NCBI GenBank assembly: GCA_051362555.1
Contig: CM120644.1
Span: 3,728,954-3,792,953, forward strand
Source: Lingula anatina
Lineage: Eukaryota > Animalia > Brachiopoda
Reading direction: 5' to 3'
Length of the DNA: 64,000 nucleotides
Part shown: piece by piece, positions 12,201-57,212 of the stretch
Position numbering within the stretch: the stretch's first letter is position 1
Layout: each line of letters opens with the position of its first letter
Notes under the pieces: generated by a model
Databases searched by the model: none
What the model was told of the DNA's origin: nothing
What the model saw: only the letters and a program-made list of their open reading frames with translations
Made by a program: the position numbers and the translations under genes

Positions 12201-15200
12201 TTGGGGAGTCTCACTATATTACTGTCAGCTTAGCCGGCTTAATCGTCTGCCCCGCCTACTAAAAGCTGTAAGGGGGTAAATAACTATGGTGCTCGTTCGG
12301 CTGACTGCAATTTAGCGTGAACCCCCAGGGAGTTAGGTCGAATCTAAATCTAAATCTCTGGATCGATCTAAATCTCTGGGAATGCACCCTTAGTAGGCGG
12401 GACAGTGAGACTCCCCACAGAAATAAATCGATCTAAAATCTATGGGAATGGGGTCTTAGTAAGGTTCAATGCCAAAACACTAGTCCTAAACGGCTTTGTT
12501 ACATATTCACGGAATCTAATTATATAAAAAAAGATAATCTCAAACTGTCTTAAAAGAATAATGAACAACTTAATGATGACATATCAAGCTGATGCAGTGG
12601 CCATTTGCATCCGAGAAGCGGGAGTGAGTTGACAAGGAGGCCAACTCATAAAAGTGACTTGCCTCACGTGACTGCCTCTCAACCAATCAGTAAGCATCAA
12701 AATTCGTGACAATGTAACAAACTTTGTTTGGCACTGATACTAAACATTCCCACTTTTTCCCGAAAACTTGAATGTAGATCACAAATATCGTCTCACCTCT
12801 CCCGAAATCCCGGTTTTGAATACCCTCTGTGCAGCAAAAGCTTGTTGTGCATTCATGCGGTACGTTTTAAATGTTCCCTCCATTGATGTCACAATCTGCT
12901 GCGGAGTGCACGTCAACTTCCGGCTCGTGATGGCCTCCGTTACCTCGCTCCACACGTTATTGTAGCGCTGTATGTGGGCCAACCACACGTAATTTTTTCC
13001 GTATAGATCCTGTTTGTAGACCTAATGTTTGAAATAAAATGAATAAAATCAAATCAAGTATTTCAATACACAACAATTTAAATATTATTAAAATTGCTGG
13101 CATTGACGTTGATAATCATTGAAACTTTAAATAGTTATTTTAGTAGTATCATAAATCAACATATCTGTATTTATTCATTTTTTTTCTCTAAGAAGATCTT
13201 CGAATGAAGTGTAGGGGTAGCACGCGTAATTGTATAATAAGATATGGCACGTTTTGTCAAACGATTATTGCACCTCACAAAATATTTCCATTATGTCTTG
13301 TTTTCTAGGGGACGGACTGTGAATCAAAAATATGCGTAGGTCTGTCTTCTTCTGAAAAAAGGAACATGGAATATTAAATATCAAAAGGAGCATTTGATAC
13401 CCCAGCAAACACATAACGTAATTATAACATTACTATAATTTTACAAAAAAAAAAATAAAAAAAAAAAAAAAAAACAAAAAAAAAAAAAAAACGTCATGGC
13501 CGTTATGGCCACGTTATGGTAACGGCTTTATTCAGACACGGGCACTATTTCAGTAGATACCCGGCAAACACATAACGTTTTATAAACTACGCTAATATTG
13601 TCTGCATTGAAAAAAAACGGTTTCAGGCATAGATGGGTTTTCGACATAGGCCTACCAGTAGCCTACCCTCTGATACATCAGGAGCATCTGAAACAGTATA
13701 CAATATACAAAAATTTTGCAACATATACTAATAGTGGTCAGAGAGTAGATTCGAAACGTTTTAGGGCACAGTCTACGGAGTTACAACATGTAGTAGGGTT
13801 AAAAGTCCCCGTCATTGCATTTATTCGTAGTCTCCGTGTGTGCTATAATTTAAGAAAACCCCAAATAAAGTTAACGGGGTCAACGTGCTGCTCTCAGGTT
13901 ACACATATGACGGCTAGCTGTGCTAACCTTCAACTTAGCCACTGCCTGGGGAATCGTGTCAGGTGTGAAGAACACTGTATACACGTCGATGTTCTTCTCT
14001 CGGAGAATGATGTCCAGTTCACTAGTCATCTGAAAGGATACACGCGATTGTACCACATAAATGTATACATGATGATTTGTTTTTCCTTTTTCTTCCTGTC
14101 TGCCCGATATAAGATTTAATTAACCGACCATGAAGTTGCTCACCCTTTGATTAATAATCCAGCCATTTATTTTTTCGTTTGTTACTTTATTCATTCAGTC
14201 ACATATCCATTAATTTATGATTGACCTAAATTTTAACTTTTATTGAACAAGTATGCATATCTTATTTTAACCACATTATTACCCAGTTCTATCATACGAA
14301 ATCTAAATAAAACATTGGTATTTACCGCTTTATGCGACCCTCCCGTTGAGCTAAGAATGCCGACTCTGTTCCAGCCAAAATGGCTGACAAACGCTTCCTC
14401 TTCCTGCACAGTATCCACCAAAGATCCTATGGTACGATAGAAATACGGATACTTTATCCGGTCGGAGAGGGAGGCGGAGAAGCTGAAAGTCGAGATCTGG
14501 GGAATAAAAACAAACGTGGTGTCATTGGTCTTTGTTAAATGTTTGAGTTTTGTGTATTGTATTTTATGTTTTACACAGATGTGATGGAGTAGGTAGCTTT
14601 TTTTAAAGAAGTTGGAGTTTGATTTCAATTATTTTCTAAATAGTAGATTTTTACTACTTTGATTTAAAAAAATTAATAGGTCTTCATTAGAAATAACTGC
14701 AAACAAGCGTGACATTTTATAAGATAAGCTTATTTTAAATAGCAATGGCGATAAAAAGAAGATTATTTTCGCGCACATATTGCCTGAAATCCTGCTGATA
14801 CTTGTAAAAGTTGTAAACTTGAAAAATATATTAGCAATACCGAATTATTTATCAACATTTATCGTTTTCTACCTGAATCATCTTCCTACTTCCGGTAATT
14901 TCCGCCAAAACTTCCGTCTCCGTGAAGCTCCCATGATGCAGTAGCAGCATGACCGGCGGGTCGTTTTTTGCGTTCAGAAGCTCTTCCAGCTTCTCCAGCG
15001 CTGTGCCCACGTGATACAAAGACACATTTTTGGGGAGCTTAAGAAAAGAAAATGTTATGACATTGGATTCTGTGTGACAGCATCATTTAAAGAATTGCTG
15101 TACTGGGACCAATGTACATGTAAAGGTCTAATATGCATTGTGTAGGCCTAATTTTACAAGTTACAGGCCAGCTACTCCACACAAAAACACCATTATTGGT

Positions 15201-17004
15201 GCCTGGAAGATCCCAGGGGACCCTTTTTATACAATTTTTAAAAAGAGCTGTAAACTGATAGTTGTTAGAAACTTATATACAAAATTGTAGTCAACTTTGA
15301 ACCCGTAGTGTTCCATATGTCATTAGCATATTATGGCTGTTTCATACCAAGAAAATGGGTTCTGTTTAAAAACAATATTATGAGATTTTGCAAAATTTTT
15401 GCGAGGTCTTCTTGTCAATCTTTGAACGAATAAAGCGTTTTATTCCCGTGGCTATCCGCAGTACATGTATAAGTCATTAATTAGCATACAACCAGACTTT
15501 GGCCAAAAGTGCTCATCAGATGACAGATAAATGATGACGATGACATATTTTCGTGTCTATAAATCGACAGACGGAGGCAATTTACATTCTTTTAGTGTCG
15601 TTACTGTTTACCATCGGGCGCAAGCGGTTCTGATATATGTTCTGAAATCTTTATGACATGAATAAAAGGAAGGGGTCACAAGTAATGGCAACGTTATTAT
15701 AAAACGGAACAGAATGGAATGAAATAAAACAGAACAAAGCAAGAGCAACTTACAGGCCCGGTTGCGTTTTAAGCTACACAAGTCGTACGACATAGTCTGA
15801 TAATATCCTCTACATGGGTCACAGATTGATTTTTTACTAAATGTGCTAGTTCGTGACACTATACCAGCTCTCCGCTTGCACTGAAGAAAAATTAACCTGT
15901 GGTCCTGGTAGAGGGTAGTCTGAAAATACGACCAGATTTTTAATCACCCTGTGCACAACAGGGCCCGATTGCACCAACAGAGCGTGAAACTGCTCAGATG
16001 TGACTGCCCTATATAGCAACGCACGGCGTCCCATTGCACCAATGGGACGTAATTGCGTTCGATTATCGTATACTGTATTATCTGGTGGGAAGAAGGGCTT
16101 CACATGCAACCTCGTTACAACCAATGAGAATATATATTTCCTTAATCCTTGAAGTCTTAAGTTTTAATTTGTTGGTGTTCCCAGAGCAAAAATTGTCTCA
16201 TTTGGTTCATTTCAATGTTATGCGACACCTTTGGCTTAAATGGGCGCATTAAAACAGGGAGTGGTTCATAATTTGTAATTTAAATAAGATGCAACAATAA
16301 TTTAAATGCCATTGTGTAGCTGAACTGTAACCTGAATCATGTCTAAGTAAGATTGGCTCAAACGTCAAATGGAGTTAAATTTGAGGCATCTTCAGGAAAA
16401 AAATATCTGTTCAAACAATTTGAGCTTGAAATATGTTTCTTCATGGTATGTTTGGTAAAGCCCATCTACACAAGGATTTAATGGTGTATTGGAAATTTAT
16501 TGTACCGTGGGTGAGATTTTACATGTATAACTGATAATAGACTACAGAAGGATTCAGTTCAAATGCGTAAAAATGGGGGAAGGGAAAGAGCATCATTCAC
16601 AAAATGTCCAGATTCCAAGTAATAATATGACTGTTGTTCATATTATTGTTAATCACATTTTCATAAAAATGAACCAATAAAGTTTTTTTATTCGGAGAAA
16701 GTGACTCGGGAATGTGGTGTTGGATATCTTTGTAAATTTAAAACTTAACGATGTGCCTTAAATGCCCACTTCACCGTGAAGCCCATTATGTGGCTTAACT
16801 TACTGTAGTGTTCTTGTAAACTATCCGCAGGTTGTATCCGGGCAGTATATCCGGTTTGTTGTTAATATCCTCCAGCGCCATGGCAGCTGGCCCATACATA
16901 TAGGAGTTGGGGTCTCCGGGTACCTCGTCCCAGATACCGCCTATGTAGACATCTTTTGTCAGGACACCAACCATGCAGGCTTGTAAAACGTACAGGCCGA
17001 ACAT
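6204..17004 (-). CDS. GABA-B receptor-like class C GPCR (Venus flytrap + 7TM, no cysteine-rich domain), about 779 aa, divergent
   Basis: 15 phase-consistent exons: 17004-16804, 15037-14873, 14496-14326, 14029-13928, 13351-13274, 13021-12797, 11374-11141, 10506-10443, 9805-9713, 8512-8362, 8152-7939, 7692-7567, 7197-7058, 6871-6676, 6383-6204 (2340 nt). Flytrap motifs: ALEDINNKPDILPGYNL, LSDRIKYPYFYRT, FGWNRVG, FCEVYKQDLYGKNYVW, YDTVWAAALAI, FFGASGPVSF. 7TM motifs: GFTVSYGSMLVKMW, WQATDP, YKGLML, LLIPK. Confidence 0.9.
8690..8741. repeat. (TATAA)n microsatellite
   Basis: About 10 perfect pentamers in a GPCR intron. Confidence 0.95.
12164..12455 (+). mobile_element. PIF/Harbinger-type MITE family A plus an adjacent inverted partial copy
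   Basis: TTA|GGGCGCATTCCCATAGATTTTAGA...GGGAATGCACCC|TTA (12164-12389), followed by an inverted left-end fragment ending GGGAATGGGGTC|TTA at 12455. Confidence 0.8.
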
Positions 17005-20000
17005 AACGATCGTTTCGCTCTTTCAAAACTTACTACTCGAGCCCGTGATGTTTGTTATGTATGTATATATATACGTTGGATATAGTGACCCTTGCGTGTC
17101 CTCAATGCGCTGTGGTATTTATCCCCGGGCTAAAGGTACCTTGGCATGTAGGCAAGCGGAACTTCTTTACTTATTAACTGCCTTCGTTCAGTTCAGCATA
17201 AATTTCCCTCCGCCTTGAGCCAAAGGAGGTATACTTTCTAAATTACTACCAGTATAATGCTCTGGTCTTGAACGACTTATTTCTGTCATATCAGCATGCG
17301 TACGACTCAAACCGCAGAAGTCCTACCGTCCATGGCTAGGTAATACTTCATAAGCATATGGCCGTTGTCGTCGTTTGTGAGCAAGAAATAGATAAATAGG
17401 TCTGCGTTCATTCTAACACCCTAGAATGATATTGTTTCTTTTTTGTTATTTTACAGAAGATTCAGTTTATCTTTTACCATGAACATAAAAGTTTCTATGT
17501 CATTGATTGATTCCTTACGACTATATAGACCTATGCACCCTTCATTTATCTATTTATTTACCTTCAGAAGATGGCTAAAAAAAATCATTCATTAGCTCAT
17601 TCATTTATTCAAGCACAATGTAAATATGTGAAATTTAATGAAATAGTGGGAAGGATTTTTTATTTAATGTCATGCTTAGTTGTGATAAAATGCGGATATG
17701 TACGGTGATTTCCCGAAAGAATGTAGCAAAATGTATTTCCCCCCAGTGTTAACCAAATAATTTATCAATGTAATTTTCCATTAGTTTTAAACACCGACGT
17801 TAACGATACTGGTGTATGCGCACATCGCATGATATTTGTATATTATAAGCCGCAAAAAATTGTTCCCGTTTCTTCCCATCTCCTCTCTTGATACTCTGAT
17901 ATATTTACTTGTCATCAAAATTTGAGCCCCTGCAGTTATCCCTTGGAGAAAGGTGGGCTTATATAGGGAAATGAAATAAAAGCACCTGTCATACAACCAT
18001 GTTGTCAGCGAGCACAGTAGTTTTCTCATTGTTCCTCTACGCTCTGTGTATATCATACCTTCTCTAACAGCTATGCAAAGGGTTTAAAAGAGAAAAATAT
18101 GAAACGTAAAACTAGAATATATTAACACAAGTAGCAGAACGGGTCTATTATCCCTCTATTTCCGCTTAACATGCCTGAAATAAATGGACAGGGAAGGGAA
18201 GTTTAACCCCCCACCCACTCCCACCCACCCCACCCCCACCCCCAGCCTCGCGCAAACATTATTGCTGACAGCATCTCGTGTCTGGCAAGCTCAGTCTGTT
18301 ATATTAAAACCTTAGTACGACCAAAGGACAAAACCTTAATTTTCTGGCCGCATGTCACAGCTCGTCAACATGGCAATCAGAGCGAAATAAAACGCCAAGG
18401 TAAACATTTCTCCTCTTCCTCAGAAAAATACCATCTTGAAAGACGCAGGAATACGGATGACCTTAGGGACAATCAGTTTCACGTAACACATGTTACTGAT
18501 CGGAGTCCCAAAAGAAACTTTCAAGATCAAATTAATATTCATACATATAAAAACCTGTCGACCACGATAGCGTGTATATATGCAGCAAAGAAGTATAAAC
18601 CGTGAGGGTAATACGAAGTGAGAAGAATAAAAATAGGTTGTGTCACATAATAGGTACGGTACAACCTTAAGGTATACGACCGTTATGTCGGGATTTACTT
18701 CTATGTAACTAATGGCGTATGACACGGTTTTTGTCCGTCTTCTGAGGCGTTACTGATGAAAATATTGGATGATCTATCAATCATATAATCTAAGGCCTAT
18801 ATTTATGTCATAAGGATTAAGAGACGGTCGATGATTTTTATTCATCCATGCTTATCTTTTTTTTTTTTTTTTTTTTTTTGCATTATAAAATAATGCAAAT
18901 TTTGTTAAAGATAATATTGTTTGAAAATGACAATTGGAGCGTTGGAAGTGGAGAGAGGGGGATGTGTTATTTTAAATAAAAAAAAATCAAAAAAATGCTA
19001 AATCGTTCATCTTTCAATGGCCGTCTTCTTGCCAAAACCTTGAAAAAAAAAAGCATTTCTTAAATAAGACAATCATTGACAACATCGAGTTTCTATGCAT
19101 ATTAAATTTTAAGGAAATACACCATACTATGACTTGAAGTTTATCACTGAGGCTTCTTTCAGGCCTTTTTACAATGGAGTTCCCACCGAAAAGGGCTATA
19201 ATTATCGTTTTATTATGAGTCTTTTATCTATAATACTTTCCGTTACTTTCCGTGGAATTTAATAGCCCCCACCTCCATTATGAGTTTTAGTGACACACAC
19301 ACACACACACAAAGATAAATAAAATAAATAAACAAATAAAAAATCAGGACCACATCAGTGCGTATTAGCACATCCGAGCAAATCAAATTTTGCAGCCATT
19401 TCACAACTAACACAGTGGCCAACCTTGGAATTTATGCACATCGATCCAATGTTTACTTTTCACACCGCCACATTTGATCAAACCACCACCACGGCAGAAC
19501 ACATAGAATGTAGCAAGCATAACAAGTTTTTATTAACACGATACCATTTTGTCTTCAACAAAGTTTAAAACAATTTTTTGGCAAGGCATTTTATCTAGCA
19601 CGAGAAATGTATCTCTACTACAGGTTGACTGGTGTACTTGGTACGTACACAATAGAAGGAACAAGAGAGCAAATCTCAAATTAGTTCATTTTTACTTCTT
19701 ATTTGACTCAACAAACTTGCCTTGACACCGATAGATGCATTAAAGGAATGAGTAACTGCAAGAATCATATAATTTTTCATCAGTTGTATAGTTTAATAGT
19801 GAATTTTTGTGCATTACAATCATCTGCTAGATTATAGCATTTTCAGGTTACCTTTAACTAAAAATAATATCTTAATTAAAACAAAATATTTGTCTTGATT
19901 GTTTATCGTAAAAAAAAAAACAAAAAAAAAACACCAATTCAGTTTCACAATGAAACTATCGTACAAGGCAGTTCAAACTAAATCTGTGGGGACTCTTGCT

Positions 20001-20568
20001 GAATGCAATCAGATAAGCCACATCTGTTTCCATCGTACTCGTTTCTTTTCTGTATGCAACTCAATGCCAGGAGGAGGCGTGTTAATCTTTCAATCTGATT
20101 GCATTCAGCCAGAGTCCCCATGCACTTAGTTTGAACTACCTAGTATGATCGCACCTTAAGCTGATGCCGAATAAAACAGAATTTGGACTATGAATAAGAG
20201 AACTTTCTACAAGTTCTCTGCTACTTGTGCTTATTTCTACATAGAACTAAGTTTCTATAAAAGAATAAAATGACTTAGGATAAATGAAATTTCTGGTAAT
20301 CTGTCTTTACAACAAGTTCAAGGGACATATATGTATTACACCAAATAACTCTAGATTCAACTCTGGTCTTAACTTAAAAAGAAAAATTAGTCTACTTTGA
20401 ACCAAGATAAACTGGAGCAGTCAAACGAAATGAAATATTTGTTTGTTCTGTAACAAAAAAGAAATGACTTGTATTTAAGATCCAGAGATAAACTCCCTTA
20501 AAAAAAAAATTATCATAACTGCAAGCCCATAGGGCACACAACTCTATATGAGGTTCCTGGGGGAATAA

Positions 20569-20782
20569 GACCCCATTTCCAGAGATCAGATCAATCCAAC
20601 TTGATTGACCTAACTCCCTGGGGGTTCATGCTAAATAGCTGTCAGCCGAGTGGGCACGAAAGTTAATTACCCCCTCACAGCTTGTAGTAGGCGAAACGGA
20701 CATTTAAGCTGGATTATCTGACAGTAATCTAGTGAGACTCCCCACGGGGATAGATCGTTCTAAAATCTATGGGAATGCACCC
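20569..20782 (-). mobile_element. PIF/Harbinger-type MITE family A (reverse orientation), just downstream of the BARD1 stop codon
   Basis: Reverse complement of the 40309-40523 element; TAA on both sides. Confidence 0.85.
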
Positions 20783-20974
20783 TAAATCTAACACCCAAAC
20801 ACCAGGATTTCTAAATAAATCCAGAAGGCTTTAATTTCTATAGACTATCTGTTTTTCTATTCTAGTGGGCTATCATAAGCTGTGGATTTCTCAAAATGTA
20901 AGTAGAGCAAAGTTTTGCGTAAAAATCAAGACCAACTTTCCCTCTGAAGTACTTGTGTCATTTCCACCCTAGCT

Positions 20975-51817
<30,843 letters not shown>

Positions 51818-52500
51818 TGCTTTAAGTAACGGCGAGTTACCAGAAGCAAGGGTTTTAAGTAAATTGAGCGCTTATCACCCGCGCCAAGTTTCAAATTGAC
51901 CTTGACCTGTAGATGTCCCACAATGCAATGCGTGAGGAGACCAACCTGGCAAAACGCAAAGTGTAGAGACTATTTTCAAAGCTTTTCGCAGACCAAGTTA
52001 GTTCTAAGCTTAGTCTTGTTTAGTAGATTATATAGATATTCTCATAGCATATCTCTGAGTTTATGCATTTGCCCTTTTTATCAAACAATTTAGCGTTGAA
52101 TTTTTTCAAGTTAATTATTTTTATACCTGTCTCTTCAAAATCCCGAGATGACCCAATTTCCGGTCAATAGTGTTTGTTGATTACGGAAAATTCCCCCTTA
52201 AAGCATGACACAAGAAACGTAGCAACTGAACTATAGTTTATGAAGCTGGAAGTATATGCGAAATAGGTAGGTACGCAACAGAGCTAAGCTGGTGCTTAAA
52301 GAAATGCCAGGTTGGTTAGTAAAGCGCCATCGGTTATAAGCCAAGGCAAATACAGAGGGGCTGGGATAGTTCACGTCACTTGTGACTCCCTTGTCTGCTT
52401 TTTACACAAGCAGTACTGCCAAGACTTTGGACGTTTATTCAATCGATATTCTAAAGAAGTCCCCAATATTTAAGTGTGGGGCTGCAATGAGTAAGTTGGG
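51818..52500. promoter_or_regulatory. Probable shared (bidirectional) promoter region of BARD1 and HECW
   Basis: Directly upstream of the BARD1 ATG and locally richer in CpG. Plus-strand donor-like sites (AG|GTAGGT about 52266, GA|GTAAGT about 52491) could end a non-coding HECW exon. Inference only. Confidence 0.35.
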
Positions 52501-54904
52501 ATTTTTTAGCTCATGAGAAGCTTGTGAGTTAAAAATGCAGAGAGGAAATACAGAAAACCAGTCCACTCTCAATGCCTCCCTCTGAGAGAATAATGTGTAT
52601 ATATAAGATAATGATGGGATTTAGGATGAAACACAATTCCTCTTTAGGTGTCCATGTTATGTTATGTCCATAATATATAGGATACCAAGAGGGATGCTGT
52701 TGTACCGTTAATACTATTACCATTTTAAAAATCATCCATAACAATAATAGTACGTTATAGACAAATCACACAAGAAAAGCACTTAGTCTTGCTAGATTGG
52801 ATACATAATGATGTCTTTTAGATAAAGAAGTACAGTGTTCTACTAAATACCACAGGACATGTTGAGTAAAAAAAGTATAAGATCTGCACAACCTGAGATA
52901 GCATACTCAAGGGCCAGTATGTGTCTTTACAGGGTTTATTTACACCTTGAAATAATTTATAAATATTTGATGTCTTGCAGTCTTCAATGTTCAAAGAGTA
53001 GAACAAGCTCTACTTTGTATGTGAAGATTTTCATAATAGATTAGCATGTGTCATGTAGCCTTTTCATATAAAAAATAAATAAATAAAAAGTAAGATAAAA
53101 ATAACTAGTATACTTATCTTAAAATGAGACAAGTTGGATTTTTAATGGAAACTTGCGTCTCATTCCCAATGAAGCTGTCAGTCTCCATAGTAACATGAAT
53201 CCATCACTGGGGGGGGGACACCTTGCTGAATGCAATGTAATAAAATAAAATTCTGACTATATCAGTGAGAGTCTGTGTGGAGTTGGATTGATCAGTGTAG
53301 ACCAGAAGTATCAATGGGAATGAGCCCTTATAAACTAATTTAAAGAGCACAGGTAGCAGTTTGATAAAAGATTGTATTGAAAATGAAATCTGCCCTCAAC
53401 CTGCTAACCTTATCAAGGCTTGTGCTAATATTTCATCTGCAAAAACTCCCTCGCCATTGATCCCCGTGTGATGCCCAGTGTCTGTGAGGGCAAGATGTAC
53501 CATTAAGGTCACTGGTCTTCCTACATGTCACTTTGTCATGCCAAAGTACATTGCACTTGCCACTTAAGCCAAATTGGGTATGTATCAATATGGGTACTGT
53601 GTGTCTGTTGCTTACTAGTAAATAGAATTCAGAAAGTTTTGATGTCATGGGTCAGTTAGGTGAGATTTCATTACATATCAAATTGATAATATACAAAAAG
53701 ATGAATTTTGAAATTACAGTAACTGGTTAGAAAAAGAGCAGGGGGGTTTACACAGGGGGTGGCTTGAGAATGCTGTTAAGAGCAAGAATAGATTGTGGCC
53801 AATATACAGCTGGTAATATATATATATATATATATACTATAGGTTTTTTTTTTTTTTTTTTTCATTTATCAGGAAGCTACTAGTAGATTGTTTTTTCCCC
53901 TTACTTCAAAAATTATTTTAAAACAATACAGTGAGAGAAATAATTAGGTATTGAAACAGCACTGTTACTCTCAAAATCAAGTTGTAGGGTTGTTTGTCAT
54001 CAAGCAGTGACATGATTTCTCCCTGTCCAGGGTTAGTGTTCAGTAGCCATATATACTAATAGTTAAATTTTTACATAATTAATTTCAGAATGACATAATA
54101 GCATGAGGTCACCATGAAATTAGTTGCTCACCACCAAGTTGCTCACACCAGGTTTCAAATTACAATTATATTACATGTCTAATATATATATTAACATAAA
54201 TGCACTGTCCAATGCCGTAAGCCTGACATGCACCATTGCATGTGTCATAGTAACAAAGGAAGAGCATGAGATGGCATATATACAGTGTATTGTGTATATG
54301 TACTGGACCAGGAAATAGATGTGTCTTGTCATCTACATCAACAAACTGTGAGATGTCCCTGCATGAACTTTTACTGGTATTTCTTTAGACTTAGTAAACA
54401 TTTCTTTTAAGAGTAAAAGTGTGAGAAATAAAATAAAGTTTATCTTTCACACAGCCTTCATGATGTTAATTAAAATATATATACTACTCTGTAAAAAAAC
54501 ACCAGGATAATAATAAAATGTTACTCAGTAACAGATTTATGACAATAATTACTGTCATAATTTGATGAAATCTAATTAATAGGATAATTTAAAACTCAAT
54601 TGTTTATTTTTCTCAATTTCACTGCAATTTTCTGATTTTTCCCATGGGTCTATGAAGTTCATGCAAATGCTTACAATTTTTAAACTACTGAAAATGAATA
54701 AATGTATTTGTGTATATATATGTGTGTGACAGTGTGTTAGAATGAGAGAGAGATTCAGAGTACAGGAAGTTTTCACTCATGTTGGTCTGTTACAGTGTAA
54801 CATTATAGCCATATGGTTGGTGTCTTCTTACCTAACACAACAGGCACCCTGAATCTCATACTAAAATAGTAATCTATCTTTAAACCTCCTTAAAAAACCT
54901 CTAA

Positions 54905-55162
54905 GGGCTCATTCCCATTGAAGCTATTGGTCTCCTAGTACCTTTATTGACCCATCTCCACAGGGACTCTCGCTGAATGCAATCAGTTTAATAGATTAAC
55001 ATGCCTCCTCCTGATGTTGAGTAGAATATGTAAAAGTTAGTGTTTATGTTGCATCCAAGAGGAACTGTGATAATCTGTTAAACAGATTGCATTCAGCAAG
55101 AGTCCCCACCATATTGGATCAATCTACTGTATGTAGATCAGTAGCTCAGTGGGTATGGGCCG
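54905..55162. mobile_element. Harbinger-type MITE family C; related copies at about 53157-53327 and about 19985-20120
   Basis: TAA|GGGCTCATTCCCATTGAAGCT...AGCTCAGTGGGTATGGGCCG|TAA; internal IR gggactctcgctgaatgcaatc / gattgcattcagcaagagtccc shared with the 19985-20120 fragment. Confidence 0.7.
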
Positions 55163-55643
55163 TAACGTGTTTTTTCAGTTGATAATAGGATATATGTGGG
55201 TACAATGAGCCTGATGGGGGTGATTACCTTGGGTTATACTCGCCAGTTACAGATATAGAAATATAATAAACATAGGTAGTGATTTACCTGCCAAGACAGG
55301 TGATGTTGATAACCTGGAGACAGGAGAACCCACACATCAACATGTTCTAAGTTTGCAAAACAAGAGAGCAAGAGTGTGCCTGCTCGTTTTCAGAGTTGGT
55401 GTTTGTAGCTCAACTGAAAAAAATCCTGGGGCATGTTGCATCAAATAGCATTATTTGATTTGTGTACTAGAACTCTGTTTAAAACAAACAAGTGAAATAA
55501 AGCACATCTGAGGTCATTTGTCAGTGCTTGTATATAAAGGACTGGCAACAACATCTAGAAAATGAGTAGGCATAAATATTATAGTGGTTCAAATGAAGGA
55601 ACATTTTCTGAAAAGTTGATATTGGATGTTATGATGCATAATT

Positions 55644-55729
<86 letters not shown>

Positions 55730-57212
55730 ATTATTATTTTTACACTGAAGATGTTAACATTCATGTGCTGCACTGTTAAGACTGAGTACAGAGGTGATTA
55801 GTGAGTAGGTGTAAATTACCCCCAGCTGATTGCCAAGTATCCTGTTGTAATGTGTTACTGTCTGTGAGAAATCATTGGTGCAGCAGACAGTGACATGGAC
55901 TCTGGATTCTTGTATGACTGACAAACCTGTCTAGAATATGTCGAAAGACGGTTAGGCCTTAGCCAGACATCACTAGTTGAGGAGTGGCAACTCTGTGTAA
56001 ACATGGCAGACAGAAGTTATTATAATAATATTGCTATTATTTAAAATCAATTTGTGTGTACAATGAGCTAAGCAGCTTAATTGTAAGATCAGATGTTGTT
56101 TTTTATTTTAATTAAAGGGATGGAAATTTCAGATCCACAATGTGGGCAATCTTAGGAGAAAAAAAAAAGAATTAAGGATTTAATTTTCCTGGGTTCAGTT
56201 GTTAATTTCTCCCACTTATCAAACCAATACCTAGTGCTGCTTTTACTGTAACATTATATGGAATCGAACTATAAGGTAGCCTGCTTTTCAGTTTTATTGC
56301 TACCACTTAAAGGCATAATAACTCTTTGTATGAGACCTATATTTCACAATAAAAACCTTGTGAATAACTCATAGAAATATAATATATTCTGTTTTACCAC
56401 AAAAACAGCAGTTATAGCTTTTATTCTGATATTTGAACTTGTCTTTAGACCACGTGACCTCCATTGATGTCTATACTTTGTTAAAATCTCTTAAGAGATT
56501 TTAACAAAAAACCAAACTTTTTAGAAAAAAACCAGGGACTAACTTTGAATGTAAAAATGGATTCATTAACCATTGATAAGTATGGAAAAATTGTTGTTTA
56601 CTCCAGGAAAATTCATTTTTTGGCCGAAACGAAGAGTTATTATTGCTTTAATAAGAATTTTCTAAATTTTGAGATTTACAAAAAAAGTGTCTGTAAAATT
56701 TATAATTTTTCCCATTGAAAATATGGAACCATGTTTATAGTTACTGGCCACTGTTTCTGCTTTGGACCAGAAGATTCTCAGAACCTGATGTTCTGTAGGA
56801 GCAATTGGCTTTAAAGTTTGTGACACTTTCTGCGATGTCGACTATTGATTTAAAAGCAAAAAATTGGAGAGTTGGTTTCTTGGAATTTTGTGTTAACATG
56901 ATGATTTCAGAGACAAAGAGGCAGTTTACAAGTGTGAGGCAAAGAGTCAGTTAACAAGTATTGTCTCTTACATTAGAGATATCATAGTTGTGTAGAAGTG
57001 CTGTATAACATGTTATTTGATACACAACAAAAACTGTAGCAAATTTATACAAAAAAAAAAAAAATGAAGTTGTCTAGCAGATTAAATCTGACTATGATTT
57101 CATCATTCTGTAATGTCCATATATTTATTAAATACAAAAATTGCCAATTTCAGAACCTCCACACTAAGAAGAGAAATAGCTGGTGCCACATGCGTACATC
57201 ATAATAATCAAA

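Noticed and set aside
13598-14119. 173-aa plus-strand ORF
   Set aside because: Antisense to GPCR exon 4 and intron sequence; non-ATG start and no domain.
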